Notes under the pieces: model-generated
The model's database searches: none
Told to the model about the DNA's origin: nothing
What the model saw: only the letters and a program-made list of their open reading frames with translations
Assembly: GCA_963845535.1 (NCBI GenBank)
Contig: CAWJSK010000009.1
Location: 1-57,519, forward strand
Source of the DNA: an uncultured Spirochaetota bacterium
Lineage (GTDB): Bacteria > Spirochaetota > Spirochaetia > SZUA-6 > Fen-1364
Direction: 5' to 3'
Length of the DNA stretch: 57,519 nucleotides
Shown: piece by piece, positions 18,486 to 28,910 of the stretch
Position numbering within the stretch: position 1 is the first letter of the stretch
Layout of the letters: each line of letters starts with the position of its first letter
Position numbers and translations under genes: made by a program

Positions 18486-19966
18486 GGTTCATCTCCGTGG
18501 GCGCGCCGTGGTTCGATACGATTCTCCACGTACCTCCGGTACTGGTCGGTCAGATCCTGATAGAGCCCGGCGAATGTGGGGTCCGGGGCAACAGGCGCCT
18601 CTCGATGTATCCAGTCGCGCGTGAGCGAGGTAAGGGGTTCCGACGCGCCCGCCGAACCCTCCATCATGGCCGCGCAGAACAGGGCGATCCCCCTCGCGGT
18701 CATCTCCTTGTCCCGCGCCGGGTAGACCGGCATCTGAAGTGCATCTGCGCGGATTCTGTTCCATAGAAGAGATCCGGATGACCCGCCCCCGACGGTCACC
18801 GCGGAGAGGGGAAGGCCACTTGCCATCATCTCCTCCGCGAGCAAGCGAACCCTCGCAGCGGCGCCCTCCATGCACGCCCTGGCGAGGTGACCTAGGGTGT
18901 GGCTCCGGTCCAGGTCGAGAAACGCTCCCTTCACTTCCTCCCGCCAAAACGGCGCCCGCTCGCCGGTCAGACTTGGGATCATCCGCAGGCCTTGGCTCCC
19001 GGCCGGCACTGTGGCGGCCATCGATTCGAGCTCTTCGACTGGGCGGTCCGTGAGCTGCGAAATCCAGGACAAGGCTCCGCCGGACAAGCCCATGGCCCCG
19101 CCCACGAGCGTTCCGTCTCCCGCCATGGCGGTGTTCACGGTCAGGCTGAGCCTTTCCACTGGGGCCCCGCCTGGTACATGGCACATGAGCACATCGGTCG
19201 TGCCCGAGACGAGCACCCCGAACGCGGGGTCGAATACGCCGCCGCCGTACATGGCTGAAGTGCCATCCGTGGTTCCACGTGCAATCGGTGTGCCCGCGTG
19301 CAGCCCCGTCAATGCGGCGGCCTCCGGCGAAACGGTTCCCGCGGGAGCAGAGGCCGGCTCGGGCTCTGGAAACATCGAGCGGGACACCCCGGCGGCTTCC
19401 CAGGCCTCCGCGAAGGGTGCCGCGCAGCCGGTTTCCCATCCCAGGGAATAGTCGGCATGCGCGTAATCCGTGCCCACCGTCCCGCCCAGGCGGCGGACAA
19501 TCTCATCCTTCAGGCCGATGACCCGCTGCACCCTGGCAAGGAGCCCGGAATTACGCCGTCCCAACTGCATCAACTTGGGCAGCAACAGCTCCGAAGTGGG
19601 AATCCTGCCGCAGACGCGATGGCACAGCCGCGGGGTCAGCCGGTTCAGGAGGATGCGGGCCTCATCGCCTGCGCGATGATCCATCCACGTAGTGGCGGGG
19701 GCAATCACTCGCTGGTCACGGTCCAAGAAAACATAGGCCAGGAATGAAGCGGCCCCCACTGCTTCGATCCTTCCAGGAGCCTCGCGCGAAGCTTCCCGGA
19801 TGAGGCTCATAGCGACTCGCCAGATAGACTCCACGTCGACTTCGCCGTCGACGAACACGGATGGGGGCACTGCCGCCCGCCACTCGCGGATACGACGGCG
19901 ATCGCCGGCCGCGTACTCCACCACGCGACACGAAGAGGTGCCGCAATCGATCACCAGAATTGACAC
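18482..19966 (-). CDS. FGGY-family carbohydrate kinase (xylulokinase-like)
   Basis: IDCGTSSCR, TWMDHRA, SGTT, PSLTGERAPFW, ARACMEG, GGGSSGSLLWNRIRAD. Confidence 0.9.
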   Translation of the reverse strand: MSILVIDCGTSSCRVVEYAAGDRRRIREWRAAVPPSVFVDGEVDVESIWRVAMSLIREASREAPGRIEAVGAASFLAYVFLDRDQRVIAPATTWMDHRAGDEARILLNRLTPRLCHRVCGRIPTSELLLPKLMQLGRRNSGLLARVQRVIGLKDEIVRRLGGTVGTDYAHADYSLGWETGCAAPFAEAWEAAGVSRSMFPEPEPASAPAGTVSPEAAALTGLHAGTPIARGTTDGTSAMYGGGVFDPAFGVLVSGTTDVLMCHVPGGAPVERLSLTVNTAMAGDGTLVGGAMGLSGGALSWISQLTDRPVEELESMAATVPAGSQGLRMIPSLTGERAPFWREEVKGAFLDLDRSHTLGHLARACMEGAAARVRLLAEEMMASGLPLSAVTVGGGSSGSLLWNRIRADALQMPVYPARDKEMTARGIALFCAAMMEGSAGASEPLTSLTRDWIHREAPVAPDPTFAGLYQDLTDQYRRYVENRIEPRRAHGDEP

Positions 19967-19978
19967 TGCCGGGCGCGC

Positions 19979-20914
19979 CTAAGCCGCGGCCTGCTTCACG
20001 GCCTCGACCAGCGCCCGGGCGGTCCCGGGGTCGAGCCAGGTCGGAAAGCTGCAGCCCGGCGCGAGCAGGAGCCGGGTCCGGCCGCCCAGCCGCATCCCCT
20101 CCCGGGCGTTTCTGATGGCCTCGGCCGGCGTCACGCGCGTGACCCGGTCCTTGTCCAGTCCGCCCATGATTGTTCCGGCGAATCTTTCCCGCATCCGCGG
20201 TATGTCCGGATTGGAGGGGTGGCGGTCCTCGTAGGACAGGATGGGCACGGGGAAGTCCAGGGCGTCATCGACATAGATCCCGACGTCGTGGACATGCGCG
20301 GTGTTCATGGGGCCGGCGTCCTTGATCGCCTCGAATATCCGTTTCACAAACGGCTTGGCAAACTTTACGTAGCGCTCCCGGGGCACCTGCTTCGCGCTTC
20401 CGAAGGTCGACAGGAAGATGCCGCGGCTGCCCAGCCGAAGGGACTCACGGCAGTAGGCGATAACGTTGTCCGTGATGACATCCAGCGCGTCGAGCACCGC
20501 CTGCGGCGCCTGCTCCACCAACTCGTCCAGATGCTCGCCTACAAGGTTCCTGAGCAGCACCTGCCACGGCTCGAAGACCGTGTCGATGACGTACGCCTCT
20601 GTTTCCAGCTCCTGGACCACGATGGAGAGGGCCTTGAGTTGTTCCGCCCACGCCGTATCTCGCGGGTCGAACCGCGTCACCCGATTCAGGTCTCGTGCGG
20701 AGGAGATCTCCATGCTTCCCGCTGGCATGGGGTAGAAGTAGTCGTTCATGAGCTTGAGCCAGTCCAGGTCGTAGTAACGGAAGAACTCCAGGGACACCTC
20801 GGCGATCCGCCGCCCCGGGGCATGCTGGACGCCGAAGTGGTACCAGAACGAGACGGGCGGGCGATCCACCTCGCGGCCCGCAAGGCTACGATCGACGCGT
20901 TCGATTTTGGTCAT
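19979..20914 (-). CDS. uroporphyrinogen decarboxylase (URO-D/MtaA) family protein
   Basis: MTKIERV..LAGREVDRPPVSFWYHF, TVFEPW, IMGGLD, LLAPGCS. Confidence 0.88.
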   Translation of the reverse strand: MTKIERVDRSLAGREVDRPPVSFWYHFGVQHAPGRRIAEVSLEFFRYYDLDWLKLMNDYFYPMPAGSMEISSARDLNRVTRFDPRDTAWAEQLKALSIVVQELETEAYVIDTVFEPWQVLLRNLVGEHLDELVEQAPQAVLDALDVITDNVIAYCRESLRLGSRGIFLSTFGSAKQVPRERYVKFAKPFVKRIFEAIKDAGPMNTAHVHDVGIYVDDALDFPVPILSYEDRHPSNPDIPRMRERFAGTIMGGLDKDRVTRVTPAEAIRNAREGMRLGGRTRLLLAPGCSFPTWLDPGTARALVEAVKQAAA

Positions 20915-21057
20915 GCCATGAAGTTCGCTCGCTCCTCAAAGGAGGTCAACACGACCGGCGAAGATGTTTGACCACCGTCCGGCAACGCATGTAACTTTCA
21001 GCCATAGGCAGGAGCGCCGGGCTCAGCCCTGCATGAGTAGCTACTCAGGAGGTAACA

Positions 21058-22219
21058 GTGAAGAATCAAAGGCGTGCTCTTGGTTTTTCAGCCATCGCGG
21101 CGTGCGTAACCGTGCTGGCCGCGGTCACACTCGCTGGATGCTCGGGCGGATCGAGCAAGGACTTCGTCCTTGGGATCGGCCTTCCCCTCACGGGGAGCAA
21201 CGCCACGTATGGGGTGGCTTCCCAGGATTCCGAACAGCTCGCGGTGGACTACATCAACGCCCACGGCGGAATCCTCGGCCGCCAGATCAAAGTCATCTGG
21301 TGGGACACCAAGGCGGATCCCGCAACCGGCGTGGCAGGAGCGCAGCAGTTCGTCAGCAAGCATGTAAACGCGGTGGTCGGATTCTTCAACAGTGACGTGA
21401 CCGTACCTGCCATCCGCATTTTGGAGCAGGCGAACATCCCCCTGTTCGGCGACAATCCCAGCACGCCCAAGCTCGCCTCCCTCCACCTGACCAACTTCAT
21501 CCGCCTCACGGGAGACGACGCGCTGGAAGGAGTGATCCAGGCCCAGTTCGCTGTGCAGAAGCTGCACGCCAAAACCGTGGTGGCGCTGGACGACCAGGAA
21601 GCCTTCGGTGAGGCTTTTGCCCAGGCCTTCGTGGACGAAGTCAAGAAAGAGGGAGCCACGGTGCTCGACTACGAGGGCGTGGATCCCACGGCCAATGACT
21701 ATTCGGCCATCCTTTCCAAGGTCGCGTCGCTGAAGCCGGACCTTCTCGAGTTCTCGGGCTTCTACCAGCCGCGGCCTGCTGGTGAAGCAAGCGCGGCAGA
21801 TGGGGATCAAGTCCCTCTACATCACGGACAGCGCCGTGTACGGGGACAAGTACCTCGGCATCGCGGGCAAGGCCGCCATCGGGACCTACATGACGAACAA
21901 CCCGGCCTCGTCTCAAACCAACACGCCGCTGCAGAAATATCTCTCCGACACACTGTTGAGCAAGTACCAGATCAAGGTGGACGGGATCGACGCCAACGCC
22001 TTCGACGCGGTCATCGCCGTCAGCTACGCGGCCCAGCTCGCAAACTCCATCAAGCCGGCGGACCTCATCAAGGTCATGCACGACCTGAAGTTCCAGGGCG
22101 CCACGGGAGACGTCTCGTTCCTTCCCGACGGGGACCGGGCCCAGGTGGACTACACGGTGGAGGAGGTGACCCCCTCGATGACGTACAAGACTCTCCAGGA
22201 GTTCAAGGAAGTCCTCTAA
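21058..22219 (+). pseudogene. branched-chain amino acid ABC substrate-binding lipoprotein (LivJ/K-like), frameshifted near 21770
   Basis: Lipobox LAGC, PLTG, YINAHGGILGR, DTKADP; the reading ...SGFYQ continues as GLLVKQARQMG...FQGATGDVSF..DGDR in another frame (ORF 21782-22219). Confidence 0.85.
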
Positions 22220-22251
22220 CCGCCCCGGGGGACCCGCCCGCGAGGCAGCAG

Positions 22252-22287
22252 CCGGCAGGGACCAGCTCCCTGCCGGGTCCCTTTTTT
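22252..22287 (+). terminator. hairpin plus T tract between the SBP and permease genes
   Basis: CCGGCAGGGA-ccagc-TCCCTGCCGG (10-bp stem) followed by GTCCCTTTTTT. Confidence 0.6.
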
Positions 22288-22304
22288 GACAGGAGCAGAC
22301 GTCC

Positions 22305-23198
22305 ATGGTGCAGGAGCTCATCAACGGGATTGTCGTCGGTGCGTCGTATGTTCTGCTGGCCCTTGGCTTCACGCTCGTCTACGGATTGATCCGGCTGATC
22401 AACTTCGCCCAGGTGAGCCTCTACACCCTCGGCGCTTACTTCGCCCTCGCTGCCACGCCGCTTTTGGCTTCCTGGCTTCCCGGGCACGGCTGGCTGGCAC
22501 TCTGCCTCTCCATCCTCATCTGCGGCCTCCTGACGGGGATCGCGGGGGTTGGGGTGGCCGCGGTGGCGTGGTGGCCCATTCGTAGAGCTCCCACCATCTC
22601 GATGCTCGTCTCTTCCCTTGCCGTTCTCATCCTGATCGAAGCGCTGATCGAGGTGATCGTAAGCCCCGTGCCCATGGTGGTCACCGCTCCCGTGGAAAAC
22701 AACATCCACGAGTTTCTGGGCAGCCATTTCAGCTCCCTCCAGGCCGTGATGCTGGTCGGGGGCGTGGTCCTGACCATGGTTCTCTACCAGTTCATCCGGC
22801 TGACAAGGTTCGGACGCGCCATCCGCGCTGTGGCAAGCAACACCGACAGCGCCATTGTGCTCGGGGTCAACGTCCAGGCCACCGTCTTTGTCGTCTTCGG
22901 GATTGCCGCGGCGCTCGCCGGCGTCTCGGGCGTGCTGGTGAGCACCACGTATGGCGTGGCCAGCTTCACCATGGGAGAGATCGTCGGGCTGAAAGGATTC
23001 ACCGCGGCGGTGCTCGGGGGGATGGGCAGCCTGTGGGGCGCCGTGATTGGCGGCTTCACACTGGGCATCCTGGAGGCAATGTCCACCTACCTCCTTCCCA
23101 GCCAGTGGACCGCCGTGGTGGCCTTTGCCGTGCTGATCCTGGTGCTTGCTTTCCGTCCGACGGGAATCCTTCGCACCCGGGTCTCGGAGCGGGCCTGA
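22305..23198 (+). CDS. livH: branched-chain amino acid ABC permease
   Basis: QELINGIVVG..Y.LLALGFTLVYG..RLINFA, GRAIRAVA, LKGFTAAVLGGMGS, FRPTGI. Confidence 0.92.
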   Translation: MVQELINGIVVGASYVLLALGFTLVYGLIRLINFAQVSLYTLGAYFALAATPLLASWLPGHGWLALCLSILICGLLTGIAGVGVAAVAWWPIRRAPTISMLVSSLAVLILIEALIEVIVSPVPMVVTAPVENNIHEFLGSHFSSLQAVMLVGGVVLTMVLYQFIRLTRFGRAIRAVASNTDSAIVLGVNVQATVFVVFGIAAALAGVSGVLVSTTYGVASFTMGEIVGLKGFTAAVLGGMGSLWGAVIGGFTLGILEAMSTYLLPSQWTAVVAFAVLILVLAFRPTGILRTRVSERA

Positions 23199-23201
23199 GC
23201 C

Positions 23202-25067
23202 ATGCGCCCGCCGTTGGTTCAACGATTGTCAGCAACGCCATTCGCGCGAAACCCGCTGTGGTACGGCGGAGCAGCCTTGGTGGTCGCGCTGCTGCTTCCC
23301 CTGGTCCTGCGAAACGGATACCTGATGGACATCGCTGATGACATGATCATCTGGGCGGTGCTCACCATTGGGCTCAACCTCGTGGTGGGATTCTCGGGCC
23401 TGCTGGACCTCGGCTACATCGCTTTCTTCGCGATCGGCGGATACACCTTCGGCATCCTCGGCTCGCGGTTCGGGCTGAGCATGTGGGTCGCCCTGCCCGT
23501 ATCAGCGCTGCTCGTCGTGATCTCCAGCGTCGTGATCGGCATTCCGACGTTGAGGCTGAAGAGCGACTATCTCGCCATCATGACCCTGGGGTTCGGCGAG
23601 ATCATCTTCCTCACGGCGAACAACCTCAACGCGATCACGGGCGGGCCCAACGGCCTGTACGACATGCCGGCGCCCCGCCTGTTCGGCCTTGTTCTCAACG
23701 AGCCGGGCCAGTTCTACTGGTTCCTGCTTGCGGTCCTGGTCGCGGCAGTGATCGTTGTCTCGCGGCTTCGAGCCTCCCACGTCGGCCGGGCCTGGCTGGC
23801 CATTCGCCAGGACGAGCTTGCCGCAAAGGCAAACGGGGTCGAGGTGGTGCGCTACAAGCTGCTGGCCTACATGGGAGGCGCCGTGTGGGCGGGCATCATC
23901 GGGGTGATCTTCGCAGCCAAGCAGACCATCGTCTCGCCCACCTCCTTCCAGTTCTCGCAGTCCTTCTACGTCCTGGCGTCCGTCATCATCGGCGGGATGG
24001 GCAGCGTGCCGGGCGCCATCGTGGGAGGCTTCCTGTTCGTGCTGATCTCCGAGAGCCTCCAGGGGGTGGCGCAGACCTACAGCAGCGTCGTGTTCAGCCT
24101 TGCGCTGCTGGCCGTGATCGTGCTGCGGCCCAAGGGGATCTGGCCGGCGTCGTTCCATTCGCGGCTTCGAGGAGCGGAAGCCCGGCCGCGGCCGGCGTCA
24201 GAAGCGCTGGACAGGATCAAGGGAAACATCGCCGGCCGCCCGGCGCGGGAAATCTCCGGCTTCCCGCCGCGGGAAGCCGCAGACGGCCCGGCGCGGGAAG
24301 CCGCACGCGGAGGCCCGCTCCTCCGCGTGAGTGACCTGAGCATGCGCTTCGGCGGCGTGCAGGCACTGGACAGGGTCTCCCTGTCGGTGGAGGACTCCGA
24401 GATTGTCTCCGTGATTGGTCCCAACGGGGCGGGTAAGACCACGCTTCTCAACGCCATTTCCGGTTTCATCCGCCCCCAGCAGGGGTGGATCGAGCTCCGG
24501 GGACGGTCCATTTCACGCCTCCCAGCCGAAGCGCGGGCAAGGCTTGGTCTGGCACGTACGTTCCAGACCCCCCGGCTGCTTTCCACGCTGAACGTGCTTG
24601 AGAACGTGATGCAGGGGGCCCACATCAGCTTCCGCGCGCGAATGCTGTCCGCCGCGTTCGGCACCCCCTCCCAGCGCCGGCAGGAGCGGTCCAGCCGGGA
24701 AGAGGCAACGGATATTCTCGGCGTGCTCGGACTTTTGCCGGCCGCGGGGGCGAACCCCACCGAGCTGGCTTACGGGGACCAGCGCCGCTGTGAGATTGCG
24801 CGGTGCCTCGCGCTGGGTCCGGCGCTGATCCTGCTCGACGAGCCCGCCGCCGGGATGAACGCGAAGGAAACGGATGATCTGGGGGAGCTGCTGCTGCGCA
24901 TACGGGATCTCGGGGTGACCCTTCTGCTCATCGATCACGACATGTCGCTCGTGAGGAAGGTTTCAGACCGGGTGATCGCCCTCGACCGTGGGGCGCAGGT
25001 GGCGGAGGGCAGCGCGCTGGCCGTGCTCCGTCATCCCGCGGTAGTGCAGAGCTACCTCGGAGCCTGA
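23202..25067 (+). CDS. fused LivM permease / LivG ATPase
   Basis: GLNLVVGFSGLLDLGY, LRLKSDYLAIMTLGFGEI; then IGPNGAGKTT, LAYGDQRRCEIARCLA, LLDEPAAG; linker has three ~8-aa PARE repeats. Confidence 0.92.
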   Translation: MRPPLVQRLSATPFARNPLWYGGAALVVALLLPLVLRNGYLMDIADDMIIWAVLTIGLNLVVGFSGLLDLGYIAFFAIGGYTFGILGSRFGLSMWVALPVSALLVVISSVVIGIPTLRLKSDYLAIMTLGFGEIIFLTANNLNAITGGPNGLYDMPAPRLFGLVLNEPGQFYWFLLAVLVAAVIVVSRLRASHVGRAWLAIRQDELAAKANGVEVVRYKLLAYMGGAVWAGIIGVIFAAKQTIVSPTSFQFSQSFYVLASVIIGGMGSVPGAIVGGFLFVLISESLQGVAQTYSSVVFSLALLAVIVLRPKGIWPASFHSRLRGAEARPRPASEALDRIKGNIAGRPAREISGFPPREAADGPAREAARGGPLLRVSDLSMRFGGVQALDRVSLSVEDSEIVSVIGPNGAGKTTLLNAISGFIRPQQGWIELRGRSISRLPAEARARLGLARTFQTPRLLSTLNVLENVMQGAHISFRARMLSAAFGTPSQRRQERSSREEATDILGVLGLLPAAGANPTELAYGDQRRCEIARCLALGPALILLDEPAAGMNAKETDDLGELLLRIRDLGVTLLLIDHDMSLVRKVSDRVIALDRGAQVAEGSALAVLRHPAVVQSYLGA

Positions 25068-25080
25068 GGAGGGGGACGGC

Positions 25081-25794
25081 ATGCTGGAGGTCCGTGACCT
25101 GGAGGTTGCCTACGACGGTGCCGTTGCTCTTCGGGGCATCAGCTTCCACGTGAATGACGGAGAGACCGTCGCCTTGATTGGCGCCAACGGGGCCGGCAAG
25201 ACTACGACGCTCAAGGCGATTTCGGGGCTGGTCCGTCCCCGCGCGGGGCGCATCCTGTGGAACGGCCAGGAGCTGTCCAGCCTTGCGCCGCACAAGGCCA
25301 TTACCCACGCCATCAGCCACTGCCGTGAAGGACGGCAACTGTTCGCCGACATGACGCTCAGGGAGAACCTGCTCATGGGTGCGTACGTCCTTCGGTCACG
25401 GAAGGCGGTGGCGAACAACCTCGAGCGGGTGCTGACGCTCTTTCCCGAGATCGGCGGCCGGCTCGACCAGATCGCCGGGACGCTGAGCGGCGGTGAACAG
25501 CAGATGGCGGCGCTCATGCGCGCGCTTATCAGCGACCCCCGCCTTCTGCTTCTTGACGAGCCATCGCTGGGGCTTTCCCCCATTGCCACGAAACGTATTC
25601 TCTCCGTGCTGCCGGGGCTCTCCCGGGCCGGAACCAGCGTGCTTCTGGTGGAGCAAAACGCCGCGCAAGCGCTTGAGTTCTCCAATCGAGCGTACATCCT
25701 GCAAGTCGGGGAGATCCGTCTTGAGGCGAAAAGCGCGGATCTTGCCAGTGACAAGAGCCTGCAAGCGGCCTACATGGGCGAGCTGGTGCTCTAG
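25081..25794 (+). CDS. livF: branched-chain amino acid ABC ATPase
   Basis: IGANGAGKTT, LSGGEQQM, LLLDEPSLGL, LLVEQNA. Confidence 0.92.
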   Translation: MLEVRDLEVAYDGAVALRGISFHVNDGETVALIGANGAGKTTTLKAISGLVRPRAGRILWNGQELSSLAPHKAITHAISHCREGRQLFADMTLRENLLMGAYVLRSRKAVANNLERVLTLFPEIGGRLDQIAGTLSGGEQQMAALMRALISDPRLLLLDEPSLGLSPIATKRILSVLPGLSRAGTSVLLVEQNAAQALEFSNRAYILQVGEIRLEAKSADLASDKSLQAAYMGELVL

Positions 25795-25832
25795 GAACAC
25801 GCGCCCCGCCCGGCCTGCGTTGAATCCGCATC

Positions 25833-26744
25833 TCACCCTTTGCTCCTCTGCACCTTGAAAGGGGAGGCAGGACGTCTGGGCTGTTCGGCCCGGACCGTTC
25901 TGCCGAACACCGTGAGGGCGTTCATGAGCTCGCTGATAGGTTGCGTGATGATTTTGTCCTTGTGATGAACGATGTCGAAGCTCCTCTCGAGGTCAAGATC
26001 GACGACATCTATGACCGTGACGGTCTGGTCCACCGCCAGAGCCGAAATGACGGCGAGGTTTTCATCATCCGTACGCGCGAGATTCTTCAACGCCTCAGTG
26101 TTATTGATCTCTCCCGCGATCCGGTACGACACGCCACGCTGTCTCATGCCGAAGGCGAAGAGCTCCCGGGAGCCGCTGCCTTCTTCGCGGATGTAGAAAC
26201 CTCGGCCCTCGAGCTCACGGGCCCTGCGGACGCGCGAAGCCAGCCTGTTGCCCGGGCCGCACACGATCACAAGTCGATCCTTGTAGAACGGGCGTCTCGT
26301 GAGATAAGGAGAGCGTGTCTCGCCTTCCACAAGACCGAGGTCAAGCGCCCCGTCGAGCAGGAGCCGCTCGATGCGCGCGGTGTTCTCCACGACCGGGTAC
26401 AGCGTGCTGTTCGCGAGCGCACGGAGCCCGGGGAGGAGATAGGTGCCAATCGTAACGGTGGCTCCTATCCGGATGGTGCTGGGATGGTTTCTTTCTTTGA
26501 CGGAAGCCGCGGCATCGTCTATCGATTTCATGATCTGTTTTGCGTGGATGAGGCATACCCTGCCCGCATCAGTAAGAAGAAGCCTTCTTCCAAGGCGTTC
26601 GAAAAGGCGGGTCTCATAATGCTCTTCCAGCTCGCGCACGGCCTGGCTCACCGATGGCTGGCTGATCGCGAGCCGCACAGCGGCTTTGGTTATGCCCCCT
26701 GCTTCGCACACCGTTATGAATATGTTGAGGTGCCTAAAGGTCAT
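25833..26744 (-). CDS. LysR-family regulator (YeiE/CysL-like)
   Basis: HTH ITKAAVRLAISQPSVSQAVRELE, IGATVTIG, DLGLVEG, REEGSGSR; divergent from a yeiH-like gene. Confidence 0.92.
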   Translation of the reverse strand: MTFRHLNIFITVCEAGGITKAAVRLAISQPSVSQAVRELEEHYETRLFERLGRRLLLTDAGRVCLIHAKQIMKSIDDAAASVKERNHPSTIRIGATVTIGTYLLPGLRALANSTLYPVVENTARIERLLLDGALDLGLVEGETRSPYLTRRPFYKDRLVIVCGPGNRLASRVRRARELEGRGFYIREEGSGSRELFAFGMRQRGVSYRIAGEINNTEALKNLARTDDENLAVISALAVDQTVTVIDVVDLDLERSFDIVHHKDKIITQPISELMNALTVFGRTVRAEQPRRPASPFKVQRSKG

Positions 26745-26838
26745 TGGAAATCCATAGGCTTTCAGTTATGAAAAACATCATAATATAGTATTTTACCACG
26801 GTTGAGGTTTTGTCTACTATCCCTGCCGAGAACACACA

Positions 26839-27822
26839 ATGAAACAGATGCTTGGCCGTTTGCCCGGCGTATTGCTTATCTCCGCGCTCGCAGTCCCCGC
26901 ATGGGTGTTTGGGGACCTCGTTCCCGTCGTCGGAGCCCCTGTTTTCGCCATACTCATAGGAATGATACTTTCCTTCTTCAAGCGTCCCGCGAGCTTGGAG
27001 CAGGGTATCAAGTTTTCCGGCAAGAAAGTGCTTCAGTACTCCATTATCTTTCTTGGGTTCAGCCTGAATCTCGGAGTCGTACTGCGTGTTGGCGCGCAAT
27101 CACTCGCCGTCATGCTTTTCACGCTGTCCGCTGCTTTCGTCACCGCGTACTTTGCGGGCAAGACCCTGAGGCTTGATAGAAACCTTACGATACTCATTGG
27201 TGTCGGGACCTCCATTTGCGGCGGTTCCGCGATAGCGGCGACGGCGCCCGTGATCGAGGCGAATGACGAGGATGTCACTTTTGCCATATCGACGATCTTC
27301 CTTTTCAATATTATTGCAGTATTCCTTTTCCCTGCTCTCGGGCATCTCACGAAAATGTCCGAGGCCGCATTCGGCCTATGGGCGGGGACTGCAATAAATG
27401 ATACTTCCTCGGTCGTTGCGGCGGCTTTCTCCTTTGGCGACTCCGCAGGACGTTTTGCTACGGTCGTCAAGCTCACTCGCACGCTCATGATCATCCCGAT
27501 CACCTTCATCTTGGCCCTTGCCCGCGCTCGGCGGACCAAGGGCAAGGTTGGGAATATTGACATGGTGAAGATCGTTCCCTGGTTCGTCCTCGGGTTCCTC
27601 GCGGCTTCACTCGTACGGAGCCTGGGCCTCCTCCCTGACGCGACGAGCTCAGCCCTTAACGAAATAGGGAAGTTTGGCATCTGCGTCGCCATGACCGCCA
27701 TCGGCCTCAACGCCAATCCGGTGAAGCTCTTGCGGAACGGCATACGTCCGATTCTTCTCGGTCTGGCATGCTGGGCGGCCGTCGCCGTGGTTTCCCTTGC
27801 CGTACAGACAACGGCGCTCTAG
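26839..27822 (+). CDS. YeiH / UPF0324 putative sulfate exporter membrane protein
   Basis: GVGTSICGGSAIAA, GLWAGTAINDTSSVVAA, VVKLTRTL, VPWFVLGF. Confidence 0.93.
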   Translation: MKQMLGRLPGVLLISALAVPAWVFGDLVPVVGAPVFAILIGMILSFFKRPASLEQGIKFSGKKVLQYSIIFLGFSLNLGVVLRVGAQSLAVMLFTLSAAFVTAYFAGKTLRLDRNLTILIGVGTSICGGSAIAATAPVIEANDEDVTFAISTIFLFNIIAVFLFPALGHLTKMSEAAFGLWAGTAINDTSSVVAAAFSFGDSAGRFATVVKLTRTLMIIPITFILALARARRTKGKVGNIDMVKIVPWFVLGFLAASLVRSLGLLPDATSSALNEIGKFGICVAMTAIGLNANPVKLLRNGIRPILLGLACWAAVAVVSLAVQTTAL

Positions 27823-27903
27823 GGTTGCCTTGATTTGGATTTGGGATGGACTATAATCCATGTGCGAGGTTCGAAAGGGCTAAACCGAAAATGGGGGTCG
27901 TTT

Positions 27904-28440
27904 ATGAAGTTGCTGGATGTTTTCTCTGTCGAAGAATGGGACAAACTACTCGGGGTCTTTAAGACAACAATTGGGATCGCGCCAATAACCATCGACGCCG
28001 CGGGAAACTCTGTTACCTCCCCGTGTTTCACCTGCGAAGCCTGCCGGCTGATCAAGTCCACGTCGGAGGGGGCCAAGCGCTGCAAAGAAGGCCACATAAA
28101 GATGGTAGCGGAGGCAAAAGAGTCGCGGAAAGCCCTGGTGAGGTTCTGCCACGCAAAGTTCCTGAAAGTGACGATTCCAATATTCAACGGAGATGAGTTT
28201 CTGGGCATCACCGGTGGATGCAACATCCTCCCTCAAGACTCGAACGTCGAAGACAGCTTCTACATGCAGTTGGCACGTGAGATAGGTGTTGATGGAGATG
28301 AGCTGGCGCGAGAAGCGCGAAAAGCCAAGAAGGTCTCGAACACGATCATCAAAATGCAGACCCAGACTCTGATGATGAGGATAGGATCGAGGATGTTGCA
28401 GCTCGAACGGACCCGCGCAGCACATAACGCAGCTCCTTGA
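27904..28440 (+). CDS. stand-alone PocR ligand-binding domain protein
   Basis: CEACRLIKST.EG.KRC, FCHA.F....IPI...DEFLG...GC. Confidence 0.8.
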   Translation: MKLLDVFSVEEWDKLLGVFKTTIGIAPITIDAAGNSVTSPCFTCEACRLIKSTSEGAKRCKEGHIKMVAEAKESRKALVRFCHAKFLKVTIPIFNGDEFLGITGGCNILPQDSNVEDSFYMQLAREIGVDGDELAREARKAKKVSNTIIKMQTQTLMMRIGSRMLQLERTRAAHNAAP

Positions 28441-28518
28441 AGCCTTCACAACCCCCTCACTGGCGGCGCTGACAATTCGCGCGAGACTGAATCCGCAGTT
28501 CGCCCAGCGAAAATTCCC

Positions 28519-28555
28519 TTGACATTTCCACATAGTTATATAACTTAAAGGTTAT
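28519..28555 (+). promoter_or_regulatory. promoter and operator of the ArsR-SRPBCC operon
   Basis: TTGACA (28519-24), TAACTT (28541-46); inverted repeat ATAAC-ttaaag-GTTAT (28540-55) overlapping the ATG; no RBS. Confidence 0.6.
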
Positions 28556-28910
28556 GCAAAAGGCGACGACAAAAGCGGGCAGCTCCCTGGACGCGATATT
28601 CGCCGCCCTTGCCGACCCCACGCGAAGGGCCATCGTGGAGAGGTTGACGCGGGGCAAGGCCTCGGTGACTGAGCTGGCGGAACCCTTCAAGCTGAGCCAG
28701 CCGGCCATCTCCAAGCACCTGAAAGTCCTTGAACAGGCGGGGCTGATCTCCCAGGCACGGGAGGCCCAGCGTCGTCCTCGGCAGCTCGAGCCCGAACGAA
28801 TCAAGCAGCTTTCGCAGTGGATTGAGAAATACAAGAGCAATCTGGAGGCGACCTATGAGCGCCTCGATAACTACCTGCAGACCCTGCAGGGCAAGGAGGG
28901 TCCCCAATGA
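28554..28910 (+). CDS. ArsR/SmtB-family regulator
   Basis: LDAIFAALADPTRRAIVERL, SQPAISKHLKVLEQAGLI. Confidence 0.93.
   Translation: MQKATTKAGSSLDAIFAALADPTRRAIVERLTRGKASVTELAEPFKLSQPAISKHLKVLEQAGLISQAREAQRRPRQLEPERIKQLSQWIEKYKSNLEATYERLDNYLQTLQGKEGPQ

Noticed and set aside
23202..25067. LivM-LivG fusion as a novelty or artefact
   Set aside because: Such fusions are common and the frame is clean.
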